DNA of 54,714 nucleotides from a virus. Lineage: Duplodnaviria; Caudoviricetes. The notes under the pieces were generated by a model. It saw only the letters and a list, made by a program, of their open reading frames with translations, was not told where the DNA came from and made no database searches. This document shows, piece by piece, positions 45,090-53,846 of the stretch (position 1 is its first letter; every line of letters starts with the position of its first letter). The DNA lies in the IMG/VR virus record IMGVR_UViG_3300042549_005982, positions 1 to 54,714 of that record. One strand, 5' to 3'. A program made the translations under genes and the position numbers.

Positions 45090-47486
45090 ATGGTCGATCT
45101 TGAAAATACATGGCTAGAAATGTATGGAAAAGGGGGTCAAAAAGCTGCTCCCCCGGCAAGTGGCGCACCTGCGGAGACGCCCGTTGCTCCGATGAGTGAT
45201 ACAGAACGCACTTGGCATGAAATGTATGGCAAGTCTGTTCCGGCGCAATCAGCAACTACTGCTCCGCCTCCTCCTACTTCCACACCTATGGAAGCAAGAG
45301 CGATTGAGGCGTCAAAGCAAGGCAAAAAACACTGGAATGTGAATGAAGCCTATAGGGGCAGCGAAGATCCGGCACGAGCGCAATACAATAGCTTAATTCA
45401 ACTCGGCGCTTCACCCAAAGAAGCGTTGTTTTTGACCGGCGCCGCAGCTTCTGAAAGCAATTTTGATCCAACTGCCGTGCACGATCAAGGCACTGGTTAC
45501 GGCCTTTACGGACACAGACTTGATCGTTTAACTGCTATGCGAAAATTTGCTGGCACGGAATATCCGTCGCAAATACAGCAAAATGCTTTTGCCTTGCAGG
45601 AACTTCGTTCTCGTCCTGAATGGGATATGATTAATAATGCGAAAAATGCAAGAGAACTTGCTATCGCTCAAATGCACTATGAACGTCCTCAAGGCTATAC
45701 CCCGTCTGATCCGACAGGTGGATTAAATTTTGCTGGACGTTTAGGGACGCTTAATAAATTTTCGTCGTTTATGGGTGAAGGCGAAAAGATTGCTCCCGGT
45801 GAATTGGCTCCTGAGTGGGGGGCCATGCAATCTGCTGCGAGTGGCGCGGCGTTTGGTTTTGGCCCGCAGATTCGAGCTGCTTATAAAGCGGGAGGTTTAT
45901 CTGGACCTCAATATGAAGCCTATTTGCACGATCTTCAACGGCAAGAACAACTATATAAAGAGCAAAATCCGTTGTCTGGTTATGGCGCGGAAGCTGTTGG
46001 CACAATGGTTTCGCCCGGAATGTTATTGCGTGGGGCAAAAGTTGTGGCTCCGTTTGCTGCTCCGTATCTTGCGCCAATTACATCAAGAATAACTGGATAC
46101 TTGGCTCCAAAAGTTGCGCCAGTTATTACTGCGGCGGAACCCTATTTGCAAACTGCTGGTGAATTGTTAGGACCGACTGGGGTTGCAGGAGTCGAAGGCG
46201 CTGGGCAGGCTGCGCTTCAAACTGGACTTGAAGCTGGTAGTCAGGCACTTGGCGGAACACTTGGGGATACTGAAACTCCTTTCGCAGAGCAGTTTAAAAG
46301 AAATGTTTTGACAGGAGGTGTGCTTGGTGCAGGCCTGAGTAAAGCATTGACACCTAAAGCTGGTGGGGTGTTTGCTCCTGAATGGGAAGGGAATGCACGC
46401 GCTCTCGGACAAGCGGCATTTGATAAATATAAAATCCCCGTCAGTCCGGGCCAATTTGCGAAGGGTGAGGCTAAACAATTCTTTGAAAAAACTGCATCGC
46501 AAGGAAATCTTGACGCTCAAGCTAAACGCTATTCAGAAGAATTGGCGAAAAGCATTGGTGCAAAAGATTTAACGCCTGCAGGTTGGGATGCTGCAAAAAA
46601 AGCAGCGGGTAAAGAATATGATACGTTTGCAGCTTCTGTTGGAACATTAGCGCCCACGCCAACAGCTGGACGGAAGTTCTATGACATTTACACTTCTGCG
46701 TATGGCATCCGCGATCCAAATATTCGAAACACTGTCATGGATATTCTTACAAAAATTGGAGATGATTTAAGAACTGGGCGCATGAACGGCACCATGTATC
46801 GGAATTATGTAAAGAGCGGAGAAATTATCGACAACAAACTTTTAGGCCTGGATAATGCCACTAAAAAGCATTTTGGTGGAAAAATCCGAGATGCGCTCGA
46901 TACTCTTGTGCGGGATAATTTTCCTGCTGAAGCTGATCAGCTAATCGCTTTGAACTCTCGTTATCGCGATATTAAAACTTTGGAAAAATTGACAACCACA
47001 AGTGGGATTGTTAATCCAAAAGCTGTGGCGAAAAAAGTTAAAAGCAAGGGGGCGTCCGCTAACTCTCCGTTGCAAGAACTTGGTCCAATCGGTGAGTTTT
47101 TGCCGAAAGTTAATGAAGCGGGTGAAGCCGTTATGAAAAAGCCCGCTGAAACTGGCGTGATGGCGGCTCTTGGAAGATATGGCATGTATGGCGGCGGTTA
47201 TGCCTATCTTGCATCCGAGTTGCCCATAGTGAATTCGTTCCTTCAGGCGGGTGGCCCATTATTTGCACAAGCAGTGCCTTATGCTGCGGGCGGTGTAGCT
47301 GCCGCAGGGGCTACAATAGCTGGCAAACGGGCGTTGACTGAGTTAGCTTCTCAACCTGAATGGATGAAGCGCGCCATCTTTGAACAAAAAGTTGGAAAAA
47401 CTATGAAAACTGGTGCGAGAAAAGCTGTGAGGCCGCTGCTTCATGCGGGAATTAGTTATAATCCTTTGACTGGAGTTCAAGAATGA
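45090..47486 (+). CDS. Large ejection protein with lysozyme-like (phage tail lysozyme) domain
   Basis: ESNFDPTAVHDQGTGYGL...R..., QQNAFALQEL, YERP. Confidence 0.7.
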   Translation: MVDLENTWLEMYGKGGQKAAPPASGAPAETPVAPMSDTERTWHEMYGKSVPAQSATTAPPPPTSTPMEARAIEASKQGKKHWNVNEAYRGSEDPARAQYNSLIQLGASPKEALFLTGAAASESNFDPTAVHDQGTGYGLYGHRLDRLTAMRKFAGTEYPSQIQQNAFALQELRSRPEWDMINNAKNARELAIAQMHYERPQGYTPSDPTGGLNFAGRLGTLNKFSSFMGEGEKIAPGELAPEWGAMQSAASGAAFGFGPQIRAAYKAGGLSGPQYEAYLHDLQRQEQLYKEQNPLSGYGAEAVGTMVSPGMLLRGAKVVAPFAAPYLAPITSRITGYLAPKVAPVITAAEPYLQTAGELLGPTGVAGVEGAGQAALQTGLEAGSQALGGTLGDTETPFAEQFKRNVLTGGVLGAGLSKALTPKAGGVFAPEWEGNARALGQAAFDKYKIPVSPGQFAKGEAKQFFEKTASQGNLDAQAKRYSEELAKSIGAKDLTPAGWDAAKKAAGKEYDTFAASVGTLAPTPTAGRKFYDIYTSAYGIRDPNIRNTVMDILTKIGDDLRTGRMNGTMYRNYVKSGEIIDNKLLGLDNATKKHFGGKIRDALDTLVRDNFPAEADQLIALNSRYRDIKTLEKLTTTSGIVNPKAVAKKVKSKGASANSPLQELGPIGEFLPKVNEAGEAVMKKPAETGVMAALGRYGMYGGGYAYLASELPIVNSFLQAGGPLFAQAVPYAAGGVAAAGATIAGKRALTELASQPEWMKRAIFEQKVGKTMKTGARKAVRPLLHAGISYNPLTGVQE

Positions 47487-48844
47487 AAAAGGTAAGTGGA
47501 GCCCTTGCGGCCTTTTTGTATAGCACATCTGCACTCTGGGGCGCGACCTTGCTGCCTAACGGGCAACAGCAATTCGTCGATGCGACGGGCAAGCCCTATG
47601 CTGCTGGCAAGGTGTATTTCTACAGCAATTACCCGACATGCACGGTTCTGAAAAATACTTATCAGAATGAAGCTGGGACGCAGCTTAACACGAACCCGAT
47701 TATTCTGGATGCTGCGGGTCGTGCCACGATTTTTGGTTCGGGCGCGTATTGCCAGGTTTTGAAAGACGCGAACAATAACACAATCTGGACGAAATATACG
47801 TCTGATACGTCGTCTGCGAGTAATTTGGGATGGGGTGGGACGAGTGGCGGAACGGCTAACGCCCAGACCGTGACGGTTTCGGCCTTTTCAAATGTGAATG
47901 GACAGACTTTTTACTTCAAAGCTGGCGCTACAAACACGTCTGCCTTAACGCTTACAGTCAACGGCGGTTCTGCGATTAGCGTGGTGCGTGATACGCCGAC
48001 CGGAACGGTTGCGCTGACGGGTGGTGAGGTGGTGTCGGGCAACATCATCGGCGTGACCTATGACAGTGGCACAGGTGTTTTCCATCTTGTGACCAACAAC
48101 TCACGGCTGTTTGGTTATGCGAATGCGGTGCCTGCTGCCATCACCATGGACCTGAACGCTTCAAGTTCGCACGTCGTGAACGTCACAGGGTCTGGCGTCA
48201 GCATTTCAAGTTTTGGCGCAGGCGGTGCGTCTGCGGCTGCGAACACGATTTTCTTTCTGCAGTTTAACGGCACGAACACTGTCGTAGCTGGGGCGAATAT
48301 CACCACGCCGTCTGGTGGTAATATTGTTGTGTCGAGTGGCGCGTCTTTGACTGTGTTGTATCAAGGCGCAAACTCTTGGCGAGTGCTGCAAGTCACTGGC
48401 GGTTCGAGCAGTGCGATTGGGCAAATTGCCGCATTTGCGACAAGCACTTGTCCGACTGGCTGGCTAAAAGCAAACGGAGCCACTCCTGCGCAAGCGACTT
48501 ATCCAGGTTTGTATGCGGCTATCGGCACGACTTGGGGACCGGCGGCTGCGGGCAACTTCACGCTTCCTGATTTCCGTGGAATGTTCCTGCGCGGGATCAC
48601 CGATGGCCGTGCAACTGATCCGAATGGCGGGGCTCTTACAGCACAAGCCCTTGCTGCTTTTGTGGACGATCAGTTTGAAAGCCACACACACACTTATACC
48701 GCAGGAGGGTCTTCGACGATTGCCCTTTCGGCAGGCGGTGTTCCAGTCAATCAGTCGGCACCTTCTAGCACAAATACTGGCGCAACTGGCGGAACGGAAA
48801 CAAACCCGAAGAACGAAGGTGTGCTTTACTGTATTCAGTATTAA
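47483..48844 (+). CDS. Tail fibre with C-terminal tail-collar domain
   Basis: QFVDATGKPYAAGKVYFY...NTNPIILDAAGRA; CPTGWLKANG...FTLPDFRGMFLRG...ETNPKN. Confidence 0.8.
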   Translation: MKKVSGALAAFLYSTSALWGATLLPNGQQQFVDATGKPYAAGKVYFYSNYPTCTVLKNTYQNEAGTQLNTNPIILDAAGRATIFGSGAYCQVLKDANNNTIWTKYTSDTSSASNLGWGGTSGGTANAQTVTVSAFSNVNGQTFYFKAGATNTSALTLTVNGGSAISVVRDTPTGTVALTGGEVVSGNIIGVTYDSGTGVFHLVTNNSRLFGYANAVPAAITMDLNASSSHVVNVTGSGVSISSFGAGGASAAANTIFFLQFNGTNTVVAGANITTPSGGNIVVSSGASLTVLYQGANSWRVLQVTGGSSSAIGQIAAFATSTCPTGWLKANGATPAQATYPGLYAAIGTTWGPAAAGNFTLPDFRGMFLRGITDGRATDPNGGALTAQALAAFVDDQFESHTHTYTAGGSSTIALSAGGVPVNQSAPSSTNTGATGGTETNPKNEGVLYCIQY

Positions 48845-48873
48845 GCCCACTTGATAGCTAGTGCGGGGTGGGA

Positions 48874-50064
48874 TTAACCTGCCCCGTGCATTTCCCTAGC
48901 CAGCGGAACGTAAGTTTCTGTCCCCGCTTGACGCTGAATAATCCCCGCCTTTTCCATTAAATTCATAATACGCTCCGCTTTTTCGGCGGGAGTGCGCTGT
49001 GATAAAAACCGTAAGATTGTTGCCGCAGCAATCGGGGCGCGGTGCTTCACATAAATGCTGAATAAATACTGAAATGTTTCTTCGATCACTTGATCGTCGG
49101 AGCGCATAATCATGTCGCGGAAGATTTGCGGCATCAATTCTTCAATCTCAAGCAACCAGCCTCTCGCCCGTTCGACATCTTGCATTCGAATAGCGAGTTC
49201 TTCGCCGCGAGCCATGGCGGAAGTCATCGCGAGTTTAACGGCAAAGATTGTTCCTCGACGTGGAATGTAGTTGGCGAGTTTCGGATGATCGGGAACTGGT
49301 CCCCATTTATCTTTGCGCCAGCGCTCCATGTCCGCAATAGCTTTCGCGTCCCATTTCATTTCGCCGTAATAGTCTGCGCAGGCATCTAACTTTTGAACAA
49401 GTTTTTTCTGCTCCGCGTCCATGTTTTTGTATTCGCCAAACAGCGGGACATCGGGCATGGACGAGGAATAGACCATTAAAAGGCGAGAGGTCCAGCCCAT
49501 TGTCCATGCGGCCTCGGGAAGCAACGTCGCCAAGAAACCGGGCTGTGATCCGACGAGCAGCGTGGTCATGGGATTGTGAATTTCAATCGGGTCTTTCAAA
49601 CTGTGGCGGCGTTCCTCACGGTATGTTGCTTTGTGGTCGAACAACTCGTTAATGATGGACAGAAAGTTTAGATCGTGAGCGTTAATAAAAACCCCTAGCT
49701 CTGCGGCGAAGACGAACAGGTGGTTGTAATCGAGGACTCCAGAATTGTTGGGTTTGAGCACTGATCGTGCCGACCGACCCAGCGCGTCAATGTATGAGGC
49801 GGCTGTCACGCTGTTGGGCGCGATGTGAAATTTCTTCGTGGCCTTGAGCAGCGCTTCGGCAGGGTTGATCGCTTGCGATTTGCCGATGCCCGGAGGGGCC
49901 ACGAGCATTGTGTAGAGGTTCGCATATTGCGGACCTGCTTTTGTCATGCACCAAACACGTTTTTCTAACGCGCCAGAAAGCGTGGTGATCGCCGCCCATT
50001 TACGGAAAATTTCTGGTGACGGGCGCTCGTCAGTGAACGCCACAAAAGAATCAACAAAGTCCAC
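48874..50064 (-). CDS. DUF3987-like P-loop ATPase, probable replicative helicase
   Basis: NLYTMLVAPPGIGKS, AAELG, GWTSRL; directly downstream of PolA. Confidence 0.65.
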   Translation of the reverse strand: MDFVDSFVAFTDERPSPEIFRKWAAITTLSGALEKRVWCMTKAGPQYANLYTMLVAPPGIGKSQAINPAEALLKATKKFHIAPNSVTAASYIDALGRSARSVLKPNNSGVLDYNHLFVFAAELGVFINAHDLNFLSIINELFDHKATYREERRHSLKDPIEIHNPMTTLLVGSQPGFLATLLPEAAWTMGWTSRLLMVYSSSMPDVPLFGEYKNMDAEQKKLVQKLDACADYYGEMKWDAKAIADMERWRKDKWGPVPDHPKLANYIPRRGTIFAVKLAMTSAMARGEELAIRMQDVERARGWLLEIEELMPQIFRDMIMRSDDQVIEETFQYLFSIYVKHRAPIAAATILRFLSQRTPAEKAERIMNLMEKAGIIQRQAGTETYVPLAREMHGAG

Positions 50065-50099
50065 CCCAGGCTCCCTGCATTTCTAAAAGCAAATTGCTA

Positions 50100-51581
50100 T
50101 TAAAGTTTTTGTGAGAGCAGAGGTGTTCTTCTGCGCTCGTCCTTTTTGTTTTTCCACTTAGCCAAACCATCGGGATTGGAGTCTGGGTCGAAGTTGCCCC
50201 AGTTCCATCCGACTTTCGCTTCGCCGGGGACGACTAACTGATGACCGTCTTTTTCAAATGCGAGATCGAAATGTGAAAGAGCCTCGGAGATGATGTCAAC
50301 TTCGTTAAGGTGTTCGGGGTATTGAAAGTAAAGAGCGTCGTGGACTTGGGCAATTAACTGCACTTGCGGCATGTGTTTCCAAACTCTCCACAAAACCAGG
50401 TTCAGCCTCTCCGCCGTCGCGCTCTGTGGTGAAAACGCAATCGCCTCGCGGAGCGTCGAGTCATCGTTCGCTCGTCCGAAGAACGTGCGCTCTCGTCCGA
50501 AAGGTGTGATGATACGGTTTGAAGTTTGGAGTTGTTGGGCGACCCATCTATGCCATTTTGGTATTCCTGAGAAACGCTCGAAGTATCGGGTTTGGAATTG
50601 TTCGGCGACGACAACGGGGAGTTTGGCATGTCGGGCCATGGTCGGAGGTAATCCGCGATAATTGCTTCCGTGCCCGAGTTTCTTCGCCATGTCGCGGTAG
50701 GTGAGGTGACGGTAGAAGGGAGTGTCTGCGATTTTACGGTCGGCCTTTGGATCGTCTGTCCATCCCAATTCGGGCCAAGCAGTCCTTGCCACAAGAGTGT
50801 GAAGGTCGCCACTATAGCAGGCGTCCAGATAAGACCAATCACCGCAGATGGTGCCTGAAAGCCATCCCACTTCTCTACTTTCTGCCTGTTCCAAATCAAT
50901 CCCGCAGAGTTTGTAACCGGGATCGGCGACAAACATTTTTCGCAGAGATGAAGTAATGTTCTGTAAATTCGTGCCGGTGCCGAAAGCGTTTGTGCTGGAT
51001 GAAAAGCGTCCTGTTTCTGTTCCTGCGACATTGTAAGAAGTCCTCATGCGACCGTCGCTGTCCACTTCCGTGTTGAGCACGGAGAGTTGTTTCACAGCGT
51101 CTCGTATAGCCAGTATGGTTGCCACCATTGGACGGGCGTGAAAGTAGTTGTCGAGTTTTTCAAGAGCCTCTCGGTCCATGGACAATTTGCGCTCCCCCTT
51201 CTTCGAAGTCCAGATTTCGGGGATACGCATGTGTTGAAAGAAAAATTCTTGCAGCATTTTTGGGGAATTGGCTTTGAGGGGCTTGTCCCAAACGGCATAA
51301 GCAAAACGATTGAGCAAACCAGTAAGGCGCTGGATTTCGACAGTAAGCGTGTCAATGCCTTTTTGCCTTTCGTAGCTGTCAATGCGGAAGCCCCGCTGCA
51401 TCATGTCCATAACAGGGGCCTGGAGCGCGCGGGTGAAATTGTAAATGCGGGGCGCAGGGCCGATTGCACGAATAGCGTCGAGCACTTCGTGTGTGATGCA
51501 GCAATCCAGACCGTTGTAAAGCTGTTCGTTTTCTGCGAGCACAATGCCTTCTTGCAGCGTGGAGGTGTCGATGATTGGCAT
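50100..51581 (-). CDS. DNA polymerase family A (ExoIII + polymerase domain)
   Basis: YNGLD, TETGRFSS, NLQN, DLEQAE (motif A), RDMAKKLGHGSNY (motif B), QVHDA (motif C). Confidence 0.92.
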   Translation of the reverse strand: MPIIDTSTLQEGIVLAENEQLYNGLDCCITHEVLDAIRAIGPAPRIYNFTRALQAPVMDMMQRGFRIDSYERQKGIDTLTVEIQRLTGLLNRFAYAVWDKPLKANSPKMLQEFFFQHMRIPEIWTSKKGERKLSMDREALEKLDNYFHARPMVATILAIRDAVKQLSVLNTEVDSDGRMRTSYNVAGTETGRFSSSTNAFGTGTNLQNITSSLRKMFVADPGYKLCGIDLEQAESREVGWLSGTICGDWSYLDACYSGDLHTLVARTAWPELGWTDDPKADRKIADTPFYRHLTYRDMAKKLGHGSNYRGLPPTMARHAKLPVVVAEQFQTRYFERFSGIPKWHRWVAQQLQTSNRIITPFGRERTFFGRANDDSTLREAIAFSPQSATAERLNLVLWRVWKHMPQVQLIAQVHDALYFQYPEHLNEVDIISEALSHFDLAFEKDGHQLVVPGEAKVGWNWGNFDPDSNPDGLAKWKNKKDERRRTPLLSQKL

Positions 51582-51694
51582 TAGAGCACCATGCCGCAAG
51601 CAACAAACAGCACCCAAACGGCTAACGCTTTTTCAGAACCAGTCACGATGTAATATGTGAAAGGCACGAACGAGAGGATGAGCGGTGAAAGCAT
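51581..51694 (-). CDS. Hydrophobic micro-protein, 37 aa
   Basis: TAATG overlaps at both ends. Confidence 0.45.
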   Translation of the reverse strand: MLSPLILSFVPFTYYIVTGSEKALAVWVLFVACGMVL

Positions 51695-51915
51695 TAGAGC
51701 AAACCTTTCATATGCAGATGGTTGAACACTCTGCGCCATGCGTAGCTCCTTACAATACTTACAATGGTAAAGATCGCGGTGAGGCTGATGTTTTCTTGGA
51801 GTGAAGGGTGTAGGTTGAACCATGGGAACACCAGCCATTGCGTCAAAAGGGAAGTTACAAATCCAGAAGCGGTGTTTAGAAAAGCCTCCAGAAAGGAATG
51901 TTTGCGTGATTGCAT
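51694..51915 (-). CDS. Small two-TM membrane protein (MQSRKHSFLEA...RSYAWRRVF)
   Basis: Recurring phage family pattern; coupled to upstream stop. Confidence 0.7.
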   Translation of the reverse strand: MQSRKHSFLEAFLNTASGFVTSLLTQWLVFPWFNLHPSLQENISLTAIFTIVSIVRSYAWRRVFNHLHMKGLL

Positions 51916-52971
51916 TTAATCATCCTTTTTCATCTCCGTGATTTTCTTCCCGCGCATTGTTTTCCACGCGGGTTCGGAAGTATAAACGCTGCCTAAAAAG
52001 CCCAGCCCCTTTTGCATTTCAGGATAAAGGGCGTGGTGATAAAGCATTGTGTCTTCGAGGCACGAACGAGGACGATAACCTTCTTTCATTAAATATTGCA
52101 AGTCATAAAGACCGTTCTGGAAGATTTTAACAACGAACGGATTTTCGAGAATTGAACGCACCACGTTTCGAGCATCTCGTTCTAAGTTCGCCGTTGACCA
52201 GTAATTTCCGCCTTTCGAGCGGTCCCAGAATGGAACGACCATTGCGTTTTCAGCGTCGGCGCTAAATCCGATCATCTCGATCATTCCGTATTTTGTTTCG
52301 ATGTCGCAGGCGCTCTCAGCACGAATGTGTTGCGCGATCCATTCGTGGCATTCTGCGATTGTCGGGTTGACTAAAATTCTGCGAGAGGGTCTTTTGATTT
52401 CTGGGAAAAGACTTTCGCGTTTGGCCTTCATTAAATCCGCGAGGGTAATCGGCCTATTGGCCCAATTACGCAGGACTGCCGAAGGGTGATAGGTCGGGAG
52501 GACTTTGCCGCCAGCAAGAGTTCCTGTTGCCACTGTCCCGCGTAGGCTTCCAAGGCCATTAGTGCCAAGCAAAGCCCAACAAGCTGTAGCCCCCAAAGCG
52601 ACAGTGATATTAGGGCGAACTTCTTCCAATTCGACACGGAGGCGCTCCAGTTCTGACAGGTATTCGGGGCGAAGGTATTGTCCGACTTTACCTAAATGCG
52701 GGTGGAGATAGTCTTCTCCGCACTCAGCCTTTTTGCAACAAAGCGCGGTGAAGTCGTTGTTCGGGGGACGCAGCGCCAACACATTTGTAAGAAAGCAATC
52801 TTTTCGAGCAATCCCTGCCTCTTTCAGCATACGAGTCAGTTCTTGACCTGCGTAGCCTTGGAAGGGCTTTCCGACCATTGCCTCTTGCTCACCCCAGGCT
52901 TCACCGACAAACGCAATCTTTGCGTCTTTCGGACCAGAAGAATGAGCGAATGCTGGCGCTGCGTTGTGCAT
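51916..52971 (-). CDS. Uracil-DNA glycosylase (family 4-like) fused to partial 3'-5' exonuclease
   Basis: VGEAWGEQE..GKPFQG, TNV..RPPNN, TYHPSAVLR; then CDIET (ExoI), FQNGLYDL (ExoII), DTML. Confidence 0.85.
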   Translation of the reverse strand: MHNAAPAFAHSSGPKDAKIAFVGEAWGEQEAMVGKPFQGYAGQELTRMLKEAGIARKDCFLTNVLALRPPNNDFTALCCKKAECGEDYLHPHLGKVGQYLRPEYLSELERLRVELEEVRPNITVALGATACWALLGTNGLGSLRGTVATGTLAGGKVLPTYHPSAVLRNWANRPITLADLMKAKRESLFPEIKRPSRRILVNPTIAECHEWIAQHIRAESACDIETKYGMIEMIGFSADAENAMVVPFWDRSKGGNYWSTANLERDARNVVRSILENPFVVKIFQNGLYDLQYLMKEGYRPRSCLEDTMLYHHALYPEMQKGLGFLGSVYTSEPAWKTMRGKKITEMKKDD

Positions 52972-52972
52972 G

Positions 52973-53215
52973 TTACTGCTGCTTTGCGGTTAGAGCTTTG
53001 ACAAGCCACATGGCTCCGGCTTCGAACGAAGTAATTGCTTGGCCGTAAAGCCGCAGTTCTTCGTCTTTAAGTTCGGTGCCAGCGCCGTCCGGCATCATGT
53101 CGTAGCAAAAGTCGATCAACTCTGCCGCAAGACGCTTTGCTTCTTTCACGTCTGCTTGTTCGGAAGGGTTGAAGGACTTGCGGACGATCTTTTCGCCGAA
53201 TGATAACTCAGGCAT
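52973..53215 (-). CDS. Acb2/Tad1-like helical hairpin protein (candidate immune-signal sponge)
   Basis: GEKIVRKSFNPS...AAELID...AITSFEAGAMWLVKALT. Confidence 0.5.
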   Translation of the reverse strand: MPELSFGEKIVRKSFNPSEQADVKEAKRLAAELIDFCYDMMPDGAGTELKDEELRLYGQAITSFEAGAMWLVKALTAKQQ

Positions 53216-53217
53216 GA

Positions 53218-53439
53218 TTATACCTTTCCTTGCGGATTGATTAGAATTGCCGGAGCGTGGTTGCCTTTGAACTGCAAGTTGGAGGCGATTGTTCGAATAG
53301 CCTCCGCATTGTGTTCTGCGGCTTTCGCAAGTGCGACAACAGCATTTACAAAATCGGCATCGACTTTGATTGTGGCATCAAAAGTGCAATTCGAGATTGT
53401 GGTGCCGCTGTCAGGTGTGGGTTTGGTGCGAGGGGCCAT
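53218..53439 (-). CDS. Hypothetical protein
   Basis: TGATG coupling. Confidence 0.6.
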   Translation of the reverse strand: MAPRTKPTPDSGTTISNCTFDATIKVDADFVNAVVALAKAAEHNAEAIRTIASNLQFKGNHAPAILINPQGKV

Positions 53440-53846
53440 CAGCGGTTTTCCTCTGCGACGATAGCGAGCAGCAGCAAGCTGTAAACCACCATGTCGTCGA
53501 TGCGACCTTCGATTGGCTCGCTTCGCGAACGGGCTTTGCCCTCACGAACGTCCTTCACATACTGCGTGATCGAGTCGAGGTGTTTGCCTGCGAGAAAGAA
53601 CCACGCGGTTGACATCGGAACGCCCTGCTGCGCAGCGAGGCGACGGAAGTTCGCAAGGATGTCGCCGCTATCGCCGTATTCAGCATTCTTCGTCGCGAAC
53701 AAATGTTCGGCGCGAGCAATCGCATTCGTGATGGTGGTGTGCTGGGAGTTAGCGGGAGGTGCGGGGATCATGTAAGGCTCCTGTTTAAGATCAGCGATGG
53801 TTTCGTAAAGTTCGTGGATGTCGATTTTTTCAGAAAGTTCACTCAT
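53439..53846 (-). CDS. All-alpha NTP-pyrophosphatase/MazG-like (DUF1599-like) protein
   Basis: KNAEYG...ANF...KH....EPIEGRIDDMVVY. Confidence 0.55.
   Translation of the reverse strand: MSELSEKIDIHELYETIADLKQEPYMIPAPPANSQHTTITNAIARAEHLFATKNAEYGDSGDILANFRRLAAQQGVPMSTAWFFLAGKHLDSITQYVKDVREGKARSRSEPIEGRIDDMVVYSLLLLAIVAEENR

Noticed and set aside
51582-51915. Self-splicing intron or intein interrupting the polymerase
   Set aside because: The gap is filled by two translationally coupled membrane ORFs; no homing endonuclease, group I/II hallmarks or intein termini seen (RT-PCR would settle it)
50100-53846. Z-base or 7-deazaguanine genome-modification pathway
   Set aside because: No PurZ, DatZ, DpdA, QueC/D/E, FolE or thymidylate-synthase-like genes recognised; only a MazG-like gene and an MTase
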